Origin: Alphaproteobacteria bacterium
GTDB lineage: Bacteria > Pseudomonadota > Alphaproteobacteria > Caedimonadales > UBA9215
Length of the DNA: 64,000 nt
Assembly (NCBI GenBank): GCA_009993885.1
Contig: JAACSN010000008.1
Location: forward strand, 30,362 to 94,361
Direction: 5' to 3'
The notes under the pieces were generated by a model. The model searched no databases and was not told the origin of the DNA. It worked only from the letters and a program-made list of their open reading frames with translations. This document shows positions 28,110 through 38,941 of the stretch, piece after piece. Position 1 is the first letter of the stretch; each line of letters starts with the position of its first letter. The position numbers were made by a program, and so were the translations under genes.

Positions 28110-28697
28110 ATGTCACGTATCAAAAAAGAAAATATTTTGTTGTTAGGCGCTATTTTTGCGCCCCTTATTCTCATCGGTTATTTTTTGTTTAAGCCTCTTT
28201 TTTATACAACGACCTCCGACGACCCTCAGTATGATTTGTTGTTTTCAGCTCGTTCCTATGGTGAACAAGGGCCTGACGGCATTACAAGTTATACCTTTCA
28301 AGCCAAAGGGCAGCACCTTGCTCTCGTTGCCCATGAAGCTAAAGAGGGGGAAAGCACTTATGCCACATCGGATATTTTCTTGTTCCGTTTTGATGCTAAG
28401 ACGCAACAAGTCGTTCCTATCCCCCTTGATGCAACTCTTGTAAAGAAAAAGCTAACAGAGCATAGTTGGATTATTGATATCCCTGAGATTGAAAATTATG
28501 TTCTTACCCTTAAGAAAATAGCACCGGACGGCTATAAGTACGCGCGTCAACGTCATTCTCGTATGGTTTTATTTGATTTATTTGATACGGTTGCGCCAAC
28601 GCCTATTATTAAGAAAGAAGGGCGTCGCATTGTGATTCCGATTGATAGCAGGCGTTTTAGTAATATACGCTTTCACGGATGGATTCTTAAAAAATGA
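28110..28697 (+). CDS. Hypothetical membrane-anchored protein
   Basis: 195 aa with a single N-terminal TM segment (ILLLGAIFAPLILIGYFLF). Its stop overlaps the next ATG (ATGA). Confidence 0.55.
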   Translation: MSRIKKENILLLGAIFAPLILIGYFLFKPLFYTTTSDDPQYDLLFSARSYGEQGPDGITSYTFQAKGQHLALVAHEAKEGESTYATSDIFLFRFDAKTQQVVPIPLDATLVKKKLTEHSWIIDIPEIENYVLTLKKIAPDGYKYARQRHSRMVLFDLFDTVAPTPIIKKEGRRIVIPIDSRRFSNIRFHGWILKK

Positions 28698-29647
28698 GTT
28701 ACACGAAAGAAAATCACTTAGCGGAAATTGTTTCTTTGATGCAGCGTTATCATATCAGCTTGGCTGATATTGATGCTTATGGCAAAGGGCAGCCGGCTCC
28801 TTTAAAAGAAACCCCTCGTTTTATCATTTTTCTTGCCTATTTGGGCGGGTTGATGATTCTTGGCGGATTAGGCATTTATTTTAAAGATCACTGGGTGGAG
28901 TTTTCAAGCGTAGAGCGTATTCTTATTACTTACGGTGTCGGGTTGAGCCTTTATATCTTGGCCTTGGTTCTTTATAAAAAAAGATCCTCACCATTGACTT
29001 TGAGCAATCTTTTTGTCATTTCCTTTTTGTTCCAAGGCGGCGGATTGGGTGTTTCATTACATGAGTTATTTCCCGACGGCGATAATTTACCCCTTTTTGT
29101 GCTTACGATTTCAAGTCTGATGCTCTTTCAAACAGCGGTAACCTTTTATAAGGTTCCTTTGACGTCTGTTTTGTTTATGGGGCTTTATTACCTCGCGTTT
29201 ACTTATTCGGCGCTGATTGCCTATCTGTTGGATGAGATGCTTATTCCTGAAAAACTTATTTCTGTTCAATTGTTGATTATGTTGGGGGGAACGGCGCTTA
29301 TTGCCGTTATGTATAAAATACAAAAGACACCTCATCGAGCCATTTGCGGTTTTTGGTATTTTGTGGCCGGGATTGCGTTTTACGGGGGAGCCTACAGGCT
29401 CTTTCAAGAATGGCATTATCCTGAAATCTTTGGTTTGGTTCCTTTGTTGGGGTTGATTTTTACGCAAGTCACACGAAGTAAAGCCATGCTCATTTTAACG
29501 GCACTTGCTTTTATCGGATACCTGGGAGATATGACGGCACGTTACTTTTTTGACACGCCTTGGTGGCCTATTGCCCTTGTGGCCATGGGGTTGATAACAA
29601 TTTTAATTGCCGTTCTGTCTTATCGACGGGCTCGGAGTTATAAGTAG
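28694..29647 (+). CDS. Hypothetical polytopic membrane protein
   Basis: 317 aa with about 8 hydrophobic segments. It appears translationally coupled to the preceding ORF. Confidence 0.6.
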   Translation: MSYTKENHLAEIVSLMQRYHISLADIDAYGKGQPAPLKETPRFIIFLAYLGGLMILGGLGIYFKDHWVEFSSVERILITYGVGLSLYILALVLYKKRSSPLTLSNLFVISFLFQGGGLGVSLHELFPDGDNLPLFVLTISSLMLFQTAVTFYKVPLTSVLFMGLYYLAFTYSALIAYLLDEMLIPEKLISVQLLIMLGGTALIAVMYKIQKTPHRAICGFWYFVAGIAFYGGAYRLFQEWHYPEIFGLVPLLGLIFTQVTRSKAMLILTALAFIGYLGDMTARYFFDTPWWPIALVAMGLITILIAVLSYRRARSYK

Positions 29648-29735
29648 CTATTGAAATAACGATGGATTGTAAGCCCCTTTGACATCATGAAATTATTCTC
29701 TACTATGAAGGTATGTAACTTTACAGGAGAGATCT

Positions 29736-30722
29736 ATGAAACGAATCAAATGCCCGAATACAACCCTATTTCGAACCGGCCTGACGGCTATTTTCTTACT
29801 TTTTTCCCTCACAGCTGTGCAGGGAAGTCTTCTTGAGGGGGAGGATATCGAAGAAAAAGTTGCCAATGCCCTTGACGATTTTGCAACAGAATTTGAACTT
29901 CCCGATCTTTCAGAATTTGAAGACTTAAAACAAACTGCAACAGGATCCGACCATCCGGGGAGCTTTGAAAGGGCACAAGAACTTTTTATTGACATTGCAA
30001 CAAGGCGTAACGGTATGCTTGAAGCCATGGCTTTAATGCGGCAAGAGAACGAAGGTAATAGATTCGCTGTTACCGGAATTAGGCCTGTTGATATAAGTGA
30101 TCATCAAGGACATCCCCATGATTTTCAACCGGTATTGAGTTGGGAAACAATATTGATGAAATTGACACTGCTGCCTAAAGCCTTGGATTCTTTAGGTGAT
30201 AATCTGGAAAATGCCTTTGAAGAACATAAACGCTTAAAACTAATCGGCCTTAAAAGGGATTATGGCCTCCTTGCTGTCCGAGCTCGTAAGGTGACAGGGG
30301 ATTTTGAGGGCATTAACGGGCTCTATGATAAACCCGAGGTTCTTGAACCTGAGGATGTTTCCGAGGATGGGCTCGAGACACTCAAACAGAAAATTTCCGG
30401 TTTTGAAGAAGCGGTAGCCGGATATGATATCGCTTTGGTTCAAGCAAAGAAATGGCAAAAAACTTTTGATCTTTATCAGAAACAGTACGTTTCATTAACG
30501 GCAAAGCAAGAACAACTAGGGCGGGATTTTAATTTGTTAAGGGAGGCGAATGATCAAAACCCTCATTTGAAAGCTGTCGATGGGCTTCCCGAGATTGCCG
30601 ACGAGGGAAATCTTGTTACAATTAAGGAAACACTTGAAGAGATTATAGAGGCTCAACGCCTCTTAGCCGAAGACCTTGCACTTGCTAAAAAATGGAAGCC
30701 GGAGGTGATAGACGATCTTTAA
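29736..30722 (+). CDS. Hypothetical acidic exported protein
   Basis: 328 aa with signal-like LTAIFLLFSLTAVQGS. Acidic, helical, and without a recognisable domain. Confidence 0.55.
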   Translation: MKRIKCPNTTLFRTGLTAIFLLFSLTAVQGSLLEGEDIEEKVANALDDFATEFELPDLSEFEDLKQTATGSDHPGSFERAQELFIDIATRRNGMLEAMALMRQENEGNRFAVTGIRPVDISDHQGHPHDFQPVLSWETILMKLTLLPKALDSLGDNLENAFEEHKRLKLIGLKRDYGLLAVRARKVTGDFEGINGLYDKPEVLEPEDVSEDGLETLKQKISGFEEAVAGYDIALVQAKKWQKTFDLYQKQYVSLTAKQEQLGRDFNLLREANDQNPHLKAVDGLPEIADEGNLVTIKETLEEIIEAQRLLAEDLALAKKWKPEVIDDL

Positions 30723-30745
30723 ACGTTAACGTTAGCAATATAAAT

Positions 30746-30784
30746 AAAAGCGCCTCCTTTGCGATTTATAAGGCGCTTTTATTT
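30746..30784. terminator. Bidirectional terminator between convergent genes
   Basis: AAAAGCGCCT-15 nt-AGGCGCTTTT, a 10-bp stem with flanking A and T runs. Confidence 0.65.
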
Positions 30785-30816
30785 AAATTAAACAATTTTA
30801 CAAGAAATATAAGGTT

Positions 30817-31161
30817 TTATAATTGATTTGAGCTTTTATCTATCTCTTCTAACCGATCTCGTTCTTCAAGGGCTTTTTGCAAGTCCTTGATTTCTTTTTT
30901 TATGGCTTTGAGATTTGGGACGTGTTTAAAGGCGTGAGATTCTATTTCTGTTAAGAGGCTTTGGAGGTCTTGGGCGTTTAGGTCTTTAAGGGAAATTTTT
31001 TTGGTAGCCTCATTATCAAAGAAACCGAGCTTTTTGGCTTGAAGTTCTTTTGCTTTGACGGCTGCCGGGAAATTTCCTCCCTCAAGGGCAGCTTGAAAAG
31101 TGCGTTCAAGATCTTCAATAAATTTCTCTCGTTGGGCAAGGGTCGGTTGTTTATTGATCAC
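30817..31161 (-). CDS. Hypothetical helical protein downstream of flhB
   Basis: 114-aa ORF on the same strand, 105 nt after flhB. It looks coiled-coil and has no motif. Confidence 0.45.
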   Translation of the reverse strand: MINKQPTLAQREKFIEDLERTFQAALEGGNFPAAVKAKELQAKKLGFFDNEATKKISLKDLNAQDLQSLLTEIESHAFKHVPNLKAIKKEIKDLQKALEERDRLEEIDKSSNQL

Positions 31162-31266
31162 GGTATGTCCTCCTATTGTACCGAGAACAGTATTGGGGAT
31201 ATTTTATGAAATAGGCAAATATTTCCCGATGAAGGACACAAGCATATCTCTTAAGTGTCATAGCTC

Positions 31267-32370
31267 TTAAGTGCGGTCGATACCTTCATCGAGGTGGGAT
31301 TGATAATAGTTATCATAGCCGAAAATATAACGAATAACACGAGCAACGGCTTCAAAGTATTGTGCGGGGATTTCTTCTCCAATTTGGACGTTGGCATAAA
31401 TAGCCCTTGTTAACGGAGGATTCTCAATAACGGGAATATCGTTTTCCTCACCGGTTTCTTTAATTTTAAGGGCAATAAGGTCGCTTCCTTTGGCCAGTAA
31501 AACAGGCGTATCCATGGTCTCTAAATCGTATTTTAATGCCACTGCATAGTGAGTCGGGTTCGTCATGATCACTGTTGCTTGGGGAACCTCTTGCATCATG
31601 CGAGAGCGCGCTTTTTCTTCTCGTAGTCGGCGCAATTTTCCTTTGATGTAGGGATCTCCCACTAACTCTTTATATTCGTCTTTGATTTCTTTTTTGGACA
31701 TTTTGAGTCCTTGGATAAACTTATATTTTTGATAGCCGTAGTCCAAGGCTGCTACAATGGTAATAACGGATATCACGACAATGAGAAGTTTTAAAAAGAC
31801 TCCTGATAGTTCTTCTAAAATGCCAAGGGCAGATAATTGGGGAAGGCTGTGAAGACGATCAAATTCCGGGCGCATCACCTGATAAGTAATGCTGATAATA
31901 ATGGCAAGCTTGACGGTATTTTTAAAGAACTCTACCAAGGCTTTAGAGCCAAAGAGGCGTTTCATTCCTTCTGCAGGAGAGATTTTGCTGAGCTTGGGTT
32001 TCATGCTTTTTAGGGATACGATACCTCGGGTCTGCACAAGTCCGGAAGTAATTGCCGCAATGATTAAAAAGAGAATGGGGAGCGCAAAGATGCTGCCCAA
32101 GTTTTTCAAAGAGTGGATTGCCACATCGATCATAGAACCGCTATTAACGGGAATTTGGCTTGCATGCTCAAAGTATGATTGCATGAAAAGCGCAAGGCGT
32201 TTAAAGCTTGAGGGAAAGGCATAGGTCAGGATTAAAGCTAAGGCCAGCAACATAAACCAATGACCTACTTCTTTAGAGAGGGTGACTTGACCGTCTTTGC
32301 GAGCTTTATCTAATTTATGAGCCGTGGGTTGTTCGGTCTTTTGGGATTTATCTTCTTCTTGCTCGGACAT
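31267..32370 (-). CDS. flhB: Flagellar export apparatus protein FlhB
   Basis: KTEQPTAHKLDKARKDGQV at the N-terminus, four TM segments, and the NPTH autocleavage site (VIMTNPTHYAVAL). Confidence 0.95.
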   Translation of the reverse strand: MSEQEEDKSQKTEQPTAHKLDKARKDGQVTLSKEVGHWFMLLALALILTYAFPSSFKRLALFMQSYFEHASQIPVNSGSMIDVAIHSLKNLGSIFALPILFLIIAAITSGLVQTRGIVSLKSMKPKLSKISPAEGMKRLFGSKALVEFFKNTVKLAIIISITYQVMRPEFDRLHSLPQLSALGILEELSGVFLKLLIVVISVITIVAALDYGYQKYKFIQGLKMSKKEIKDEYKELVGDPYIKGKLRRLREEKARSRMMQEVPQATVIMTNPTHYAVALKYDLETMDTPVLLAKGSDLIALKIKETGEENDIPVIENPPLTRAIYANVQIGEEIPAQYFEAVARVIRYIFGYDNYYQSHLDEGIDRT

Positions 32371-32373
32371 TTC

Positions 32374-33159
32374 CTACCCCATATTCCAAAGGGATTGGTA
32401 TTTCAGGGCGAAGTCTTGAATGTAGTAGGACAACACAATAGTCAAGGAGAGCGTAAGCACAATAAATCCCAGTAAAAGTTGAAGGGGTTGGAGAATGAAA
32501 AAAACTTGTATTTGCGGCATCAGGCGATTCACAATGCCGGCAGCCGACATCATGATAAGACCCAGAACGGTAACAGGGGCTCCGACTTGAAGACCTAATA
32601 AGAAGCTTGCGCTCATAAAACGAGTAAAGGTATTAGCCATGTCCCCGGTGAGGCTCGTGAAGCTTCCAAAATTGCCCGGTTGGAAAAGGGCGTAGCTTTC
32701 AATAATCATCATAATCATGGTGTGGTGAAAGTCTGTTGCAAAAATTAAGAGAATAGCTATGACGGAAATATAGGCGGTTGAAAGACCGGTTTGTTGAGCG
32801 CTTGCCGGAGAATTGATAAAGGCATTGGCAAGACCCATTTGAAAGCCGATAAGAGAACCTGCAATATCAAGGGCTGCAATAAGCACGCGACCGATAAACC
32901 CTGCAAAGACACCTAGCAAAAGCTCTCCCATGAGCATTAAATCAAATACAAAAGATTGGGACGGCATCGTTTTAGGAAGATGAGTCGAGACCGCAGGGGC
33001 GATAATTAGGGTCAACAAGAGAGTTAAAAGAAGCCGGAGTCTGACGTTAATGCGTTGTTCTGAAAAAAGGGGGGCTGAGGAAAAAAAACCGGCGAATCGT
33101 GTAAAAACAAGAAGATAGCCGTAAAAATCGTGCAGGTAGAATGTGGAAATGCCTGCCAT
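32374..33159 (-). CDS. fliR: Flagellar export apparatus protein FliR
   Basis: 261-aa polytopic protein. LVFTRFAGFFSSAPLFSEQRINVRLRL is FliR-like, and it lies between fliQ and flhB. Confidence 0.9.
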   Translation of the reverse strand: MAGISTFYLHDFYGYLLVFTRFAGFFSSAPLFSEQRINVRLRLLLTLLLTLIIAPAVSTHLPKTMPSQSFVFDLMLMGELLLGVFAGFIGRVLIAALDIAGSLIGFQMGLANAFINSPASAQQTGLSTAYISVIAILLIFATDFHHTMIMMIIESYALFQPGNFGSFTSLTGDMANTFTRFMSASFLLGLQVGAPVTVLGLIMMSAAGIVNRLMPQIQVFFILQPLQLLLGFIVLTLSLTIVLSYYIQDFALKYQSLWNMG

Positions 33160-33162
33160 GGA

Positions 33163-33429
33163 TTAATGCACCCCGATGATTTTATCGAAAAGTTGCAGGG
33201 TAAAACTGTGGAGTGTGGATCCAAAATAGGGCAAAAGCATTACCATAATTAAAAACATTCCGATAATTTTGGGGACAAAAGAAAGGGTCATTTCTTGAAT
33301 TTGTGTGAGGGCTTGCACAAAGGAGACCAATAAACCGATGCCAAGCGCTACAAGCATCATGGGCACACCGATTTTAAGGATAATCCAGAGGGCTTCTTGT
33401 CCTATTTGCAGTACTTCACCTGGGGTCAT
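33163..33429 (-). CDS. fliQ: Flagellar export apparatus protein FliQ
   Basis: 88 aa. LVSFVQALTQIQEMTLSFVPKI is the FliQ/YscS signature. Confidence 0.92.
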   Translation of the reverse strand: MTPGEVLQIGQEALWIILKIGVPMMLVALGIGLLVSFVQALTQIQEMTLSFVPKIIGMFLIMVMLLPYFGSTLHSFTLQLFDKIIGVH

Positions 33430-33560
33430 TTTTATTATTTTTCTTGACTTTTCTTTCCTTTAATTATAATCAGAAGGAATCGATATGGTAAATGGTAAAA
33501 GATAAAGAAACCTTCTGTGTGGCATTTAAGCTTTAAACGGCGGTTTCATAAAGAATGGGC

Positions 33561-33588
33561 TTGACCTTTTAGGTAGTTCGTTTATGGT
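33561..33588 (+). promoter_or_regulatory. Candidate sigma-70-type promoter for rplU-rpmA
   Basis: TTGACC-16 nt-TATGGT, about 30 nt upstream of the rplU ATG. Confidence 0.3.
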
Positions 33589-33617
33589 AAAGCAAAACGT
33601 AAATCAAGAGAAATACT

Positions 33618-34100
33618 ATGTTCGCAGTTATTAAGACCGGTGGAAAGCAATATAAAGTTTCAGCCGGTGATATTTTAAAGATAGAAAGATTGACCGGTGA
33701 AGCCGGCCAAAAGGTTGATTTCCAAGAAGTTTTTATGCTTGGTGATGATAAAACAGCCAAGATCGGCACGCCTAATGTTGATAACGCTGTGGTAAAAGCA
33801 ACGGTTCTTGAGCAAGCCCGCGGTGATAAAATCATCGTTTATAAGAAGAAACGCCGTCAAGGTTATGATCGTAAAAACGGTCATCGCCAAGATTTGACCG
33901 TTATTCATATCGACGAAATCATTGAAGGTGGAAAATCCCTTGCAAAGGCCGAGCGTAAAGTAAAAGCTGCTGCGCCTGTGGCCGCGCCTGCAAAGAAGCC
34001 TGCAGTTAAAAAAGCTGCTGCGCCTGCTGCAGAGAAAAAGACAACGGCAACAGCGGCAAAAAAGTCGCCTGCAGCTAAAAAGACAACCAAAGAAAGCTAG
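33618..34100 (+). CDS. rplU: 50S ribosomal protein L21 with an Ala/Lys/Pro-rich C-terminal extension
   Basis: MFAVIKTGGKQYKVSAGDILKIE is followed by a tail of about 55 aa, KAAAPVAAPAKKPAVKKAAAPAAEKK. Confidence 0.95.
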   Translation: MFAVIKTGGKQYKVSAGDILKIERLTGEAGQKVDFQEVFMLGDDKTAKIGTPNVDNAVVKATVLEQARGDKIIVYKKKRRQGYDRKNGHRQDLTVIHIDEIIEGGKSLAKAERKVKAAAPVAAPAKKPAVKKAAAPAAEKKTTATAAKKSPAAKKTTKES

Positions 34101-34110
34101 GAATTAAGTT

Positions 34111-34359
34111 ATGGCCCATAAGAAAGCTGGTGGTAGTTCCCGTAACGGTCGCGATTCAGAAGGTCGCCGCCTTGGTGTAAAGAAATTTGGCGGTGAGAGT
34201 GTTCTTGCCGGTAACATTCTTGTGCGCCAACGGGGCACAAAATGGCATCCGGGGAAAAATGTCGGTCTTGGTAAAGATCATACAATTTTTGCTCTTATCG
34301 AGGGAAAAGTTGTTTTCTCTAAAAAAGTTAATAATAAGACGGTTGTTTCTGTCCATTAA
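34111..34359 (+). CDS. rpmA: 50S ribosomal protein L27
   Basis: [28 protein letters not shown]. Confidence 0.97.
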   Translation: MAHKKAGGSSRNGRDSEGRRLGVKKFGGESVLAGNILVRQRGTKWHPGKNVGLGKDHTIFALIEGKVVFSKKVNNKTVVSVH

Positions 34360-34395
34360 AACGAGATATGCGTTAAAGCAATAGACCTTTTTTAA

Positions 34396-34428
34396 GAAAA
34401 AGTGGGATATCATATCTCACTTTTTTTG
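34396..34428 (+). terminator. Rho-independent terminator after rpmA
   Basis: aaaaAGTGGGATATcATATCTCACTttttttt (one G-T wobble pair). Confidence 0.7.
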
Positions 34429-34473
34429 TGTTTTTTAAGAGTTTGTTTTATTGTGTTGCGCCAAAGAGAATAA

Positions 34474-35481
<1,008 letters not shown>

Positions 35482-35565
35482 GAACAACTTTGCATTTTAA
35501 TATTAAAAAATGTTACAATGGTGGTATGTAGTTAGATAAGGAATAGAGCTATTAACGAGTGTATA

Positions 35566-35946
35566 ATGGAACCAAAGGAAAGCACACAAAAGGGAAGTGA
35601 TCTCCCGCCGTCGACTTTGGCGGATCGTGTTTGTCGTTTTCTAGATGAAAACAAAGCCCTCGATATCGTTAAAATTGATCTGGCAGGCAAGTCTGCTTTT
35701 GCAGATGCTATGATTGTCGCCAACGGAACCTCCGGTCGTTTTGTTAGGGCTTTGGCCGATAAGTTAAAAGAATTTTTCCATAAAAACGGTTATACCGATA
35801 TTCATATTGAGGGAACAACCACCTGTGATTGGGTTCTCGTGGACGGCCATGATGTGATTGTGCACCTTTTCCGCCCCGAGATTCGCGAACTTTATAACCT
35901 TGAAAAAATGTGGTCGCTGGACTTTCAGCATGTGTCTGAGGCCTAG
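35566..35946 (+). CDS. rsfS: Ribosomal silencing factor RsfS (iojap)
   Basis: ALDIVKIDLAGKSAFADAMIVANGTSGRFVRALAD ... WVLVDGHDVIVHLFRPEIRELYNLEKMW. Confidence 0.9.
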   Translation: MEPKESTQKGSDLPPSTLADRVCRFLDENKALDIVKIDLAGKSAFADAMIVANGTSGRFVRALADKLKEFFHKNGYTDIHIEGTTTCDWVLVDGHDVIVHLFRPEIRELYNLEKMWSLDFQHVSEA

Positions 35947-35968
35947 TTTTTTAGACTCGCCTATCTTT

Positions 35969-36004
35969 AAAAAGCCTTTCCTTGATGTCAAGAAAAGGCT
36001 TTTA
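35969..36004. terminator. Hairpin terminator between convergent genes
   Basis: aaaaAGCCTTTCcttgatgtcaaGAAAAGGCTtttag. Confidence 0.55.
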
Positions 36005-36039
36005 GTTTCTCAGTAAAGGGCAATTATAAATATTAAAAA

Positions 36040-36510
36040 CTACTTTTTTCTAGCTTCGGCTTGCCAATCTTTATAGATTGTATCAAATCCCGGCCTAAGC
36101 TTTTCACCCCCCACAGCCCATTCGACGAAATTTGCAATACCCGCAGAAAATCGAGTGCAATTACTTGAGTAGGCCTCGATAGTTGATTTTAATTCAGGTA
36201 CCGTCTTGACTGTTCTGATAGCAATTTTTTCATTGGTAATTATAGTAAACTCGCCAAACTGTATGTCAAAGACTTTTAGATTGAGCTCTTTATTTTTATA
36301 GAGTTCTTTTTTCTTTTTAGAGGAGAGAAATGTCGGTTTTTTGAGGTTGCTAAGGCGAACCCTTTGATCCTTTGTGTTTTGGTAGGATTTTTCACAGGAT
36401 TGGATGACTTCTTCGGCACCGGCGCGCATTTCGGGTGTGATTTCCCCTGCAGCAAAAACGGGGCTAATTAAGCTCATGAGCAGAGGTGCTGCAACTAATA
36501 TTTTTTTCAT
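36040..36510 (-). CDS. Hypothetical exported protein
   Basis: 156 aa with signal peptide MKKILVAAPLLMSLISPVFAAG. Confidence 0.55.
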   Translation of the reverse strand: MKKILVAAPLLMSLISPVFAAGEITPEMRAGAEEVIQSCEKSYQNTKDQRVRLSNLKKPTFLSSKKKKELYKNKELNLKVFDIQFGEFTIITNEKIAIRTVKTVPELKSTIEAYSSNCTRFSAGIANFVEWAVGGEKLRPGFDTIYKDWQAEARKK

Positions 36511-36620
36511 TTTCTTTTCCTAACGTTTTTAATATTTCTTATTAGTATATTATGTTAAGAAAGTTAATTATTAGTTAATAATGGGCATATAAATGAGGGT
36601 GGATTTTACTTTTTAGTCTT

Positions 36621-37307
36621 TTACGTACCGTAATTACTTATGTTAAAAACCTTGTAGATTAAGAAAAACCCTGCGAGTGCTTGAAAAAAGATAAAGAGCG
36701 CAAGGCTAAGTTTATTATAGGTGCTCCAATCAATATAATGAAGGCGACGTCTATTTTTTTCTTGGGCCAGCTTGATCTCCAAGCGGAGATAAAAACCTAC
36801 CAAAATCAAAAAAAGGAGAGCAAGACTCCCTGAGATATAGGAAAAATGAAGACTTAAAAATCCAACAAGGACCCACGAAAAAACCCCCCATACGATTAAA
36901 ATACCGCCATAATAGCTTAACCAAAAGGCAAGGGGCCATTGAAACGCCTTATTGGTATTAGGACGCAAGTATTTTATAAGATATCCGATGGCAGAGCGTG
37001 ACAGAGCTGCACTATAGCCCATCCATGTGAGAATCCCGGCCAGCCAAAAAATAAGATGCGCAGACTTGTAATCTAAAATCCATGCAATGGAAATACCTTT
37101 TGCGGTAAGGGTCCGAAGGACAGAAACAACAGCCCCCGTTAAAAAGGCAGCACCCAATAAAGGAGCAAAAGCGCTTAGGCGGAGGTGTCTTTTAAAAGGG
37201 CTATTGTTGCTTGTGCTGTTTTGAAACTCATGGGGTGACAAAAAGAAAGGGGCTAAAAAAAGGAGAACCTTTTGCCCTGCTTCTGTTTCAAAGAACTTTG
37301 ATCCCAT
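36621..37307 (-). CDS. Hypothetical polytopic membrane protein
   Basis: 228 aa with 5-6 hydrophobic segments. It lies directly downstream of map on the same strand. Confidence 0.55.
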   Translation of the reverse strand: MGSKFFETEAGQKVLLFLAPFFLSPHEFQNSTSNNSPFKRHLRLSAFAPLLGAAFLTGAVVSVLRTLTAKGISIAWILDYKSAHLIFWLAGILTWMGYSAALSRSAIGYLIKYLRPNTNKAFQWPLAFWLSYYGGILIVWGVFSWVLVGFLSLHFSYISGSLALLFLILVGFYLRLEIKLAQEKNRRRLHYIDWSTYNKLSLALFIFFQALAGFFLIYKVFNISNYGT

Positions 37308-37335
37308 TATCTTCCTTTCTTACAGCTTCGTCCTT

Positions 37336-38157
37336 TTATGCAGACTTTGTAAAGATCTCAACCCCCGTAGCCGTAACGCCCAGAGAATGTTCAAATTGGG
37401 CTGATAGGGTTTTATCTCGTGTGACGGCCGTCCAACCGTCCCCAAGGGTTTTTGTGGCGGCTTTTCCGGCATTAACCATGGGTTCAATGGTAAAGAACAT
37501 GCCTTCTTCTAAAATAACGCCGGTGTCGGGCGTGCCAAAGTGAACCACTTCGGGGGCATCATGAAAAACACGACCAAGGCCATGGCCGCAAAATTCCCGA
37601 ACGATAGAAAATCCTTGAGATTCTGCATAGTCTTGAATCACATGACCGATATCCCCAAGGGTCGCGCCGGGTTTTACAAGGTCAATGGCCTTCATCAAAG
37701 AGTCATAAGTGACATCAATTAGTTTTGACGCAAGGTTGCTTGTTTTGCCGATTTTAAACATACGGCTGGTATCTCCGAACCACCCGTCCAAAATCACGGT
37801 CACATCGATATTAATGATATCTCCTGTTTTAAGAATCTTAGTAGGAGAGGGAATTCCATGGCACACAACGTGGTTCACAGAGGTGCAAATAGACTTTGGA
37901 AAACCTCGGTAATTCAAGGGCGCCGGGATCGCATTGTGTTTTAAAATGAAGTCATGGCAGAGTTGATCAAGCTTTTCCGTTGACACCCCTTCCGCCACAA
38001 AAGGCGTGATATAATCAAGGGTTTGAGAGGCAAGGCGTCCTGCGGCTCGCATCCCTTTGAACCCCAGTTCATTATGGATGGGAATGTCTTGGCCGTCGCT
38101 CAAAATTCTTTTATCGATTCCGATGTCATGAGAGGGTTGTCTTTTTAAAAGTGTCAT
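37336..38157 (-). CDS. map: Type I methionine aminopeptidase
   Basis: NHVVCHGIP, INIDVTVILDGWFGDTSRMF, FCGHGLG, FTIEPM and AQFEHSLGVT carry the metal-ligand motifs. Confidence 0.95.
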   Translation of the reverse strand: MTLLKRQPSHDIGIDKRILSDGQDIPIHNELGFKGMRAAGRLASQTLDYITPFVAEGVSTEKLDQLCHDFILKHNAIPAPLNYRGFPKSICTSVNHVVCHGIPSPTKILKTGDIINIDVTVILDGWFGDTSRMFKIGKTSNLASKLIDVTYDSLMKAIDLVKPGATLGDIGHVIQDYAESQGFSIVREFCGHGLGRVFHDAPEVVHFGTPDTGVILEEGMFFTIEPMVNAGKAATKTLGDGWTAVTRDKTLSAQFEHSLGVTATGVEIFTKSA

Positions 38158-38179
38158 CTATCTATTTTACTCGGTCAGT

Positions 38180-38890
38180 TTATGTAAGAGGCAATGGCTT
38201 ACCCAAGGTAATGCCTTCCTTATTTATATCACAACTATAGCATAAAAATTCAACCCCTTTTTCTTTGGCTTGTTGTGCTGTCGCGGCATAGGCAGAGTCA
38301 ATGTGGCTTGCAACCTCAAAACGGGTGCAATCTTGGCGCTGAACAACGTATAGCACAATAGACCTAAAACCTTCACTTACCATGTGGGTGAGTTCTTCGA
38401 GGTGCTTTTTCCCGCGGGCTGTAACAGCGTCGGGGAATTGGGCTGTATTCTCAATTTTTAGAGTGACATTTTTAATTTCAAGGTAACACGGAGGAAGAGA
38501 CCCGCCGCTCAAATAAAAATCAATGCGTGAATTTTGAAGGCCGTATTTCATCTCCCGTTTAAAGTTAGTATAAGCGATTAATTCGGGGATGTGTTTTTTA
38601 ATCAGCGCTTCCTCTACAAGGTTATTTGGCCAAGACGTGTTAATACCCACCCATTTATTGCCGTTATGAATGTCTTCGATAAACTGCCAGTCATAGCGCA
38701 ATTTCCTCTTAGCTTCTTCGGGGACTTTAGTGATATAAACAGGACTTCCTTCGTCCTTTAGACCCAGCATAGAGCCGGAATTGGCGCAGTGGGCGGTGAT
38801 TTCTTCACCGGTTTCAAGGCGAATATCCGCTAGAAAACGTTTGTAGCGTTTTATAAGAGTGCCTGATAGGAGGGGCGTGGGAAATTTCAT
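38180..38890 (-). CDS. sfsA: Sugar fermentation stimulation protein homolog SfsA
   Basis: MKFPTPLLSGTLIKRYKRFLADIRLETGEEITAHCANSGSM. I prefer the start at 38890, because the 38953 start would overlap the divergent neighbour. Confidence 0.88.
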   Translation of the reverse strand: MKFPTPLLSGTLIKRYKRFLADIRLETGEEITAHCANSGSMLGLKDEGSPVYITKVPEEAKRKLRYDWQFIEDIHNGNKWVGINTSWPNNLVEEALIKKHIPELIAYTNFKREMKYGLQNSRIDFYLSGGSLPPCYLEIKNVTLKIENTAQFPDAVTARGKKHLEELTHMVSEGFRSIVLYVVQRQDCTRFEVASHIDSAYAATAQQAKEKGVEFLCYSCDINKEGITLGKPLPLT

Positions 38891-38941
38891 TTTTGTTTTC
38901 TCGTATTGCCGGTACACTATTGCTGAGAAGGAGCTTAACAT

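Noticed and set aside
33430-33617. A possible sigma-54, sigma-28 or CtrA site upstream of fliQ in the fliQ/rplU divergent spacer.
   Set aside because: There is no GG-N10-GC element, no TAAA-N15-GCCGATAA and no correctly spaced TTAA-N7-TTAA. Only a weak sigma-70-like pair on the rplU side is present.
33990-34100. The Ala/Lys/Pro-rich, histone-H1-like tail on ribosomal protein L21.
   Set aside because: It is a real feature, but as far as I recall such C-terminal extensions of L21 already occur in other alphaproteobacteria, so it is not novel.
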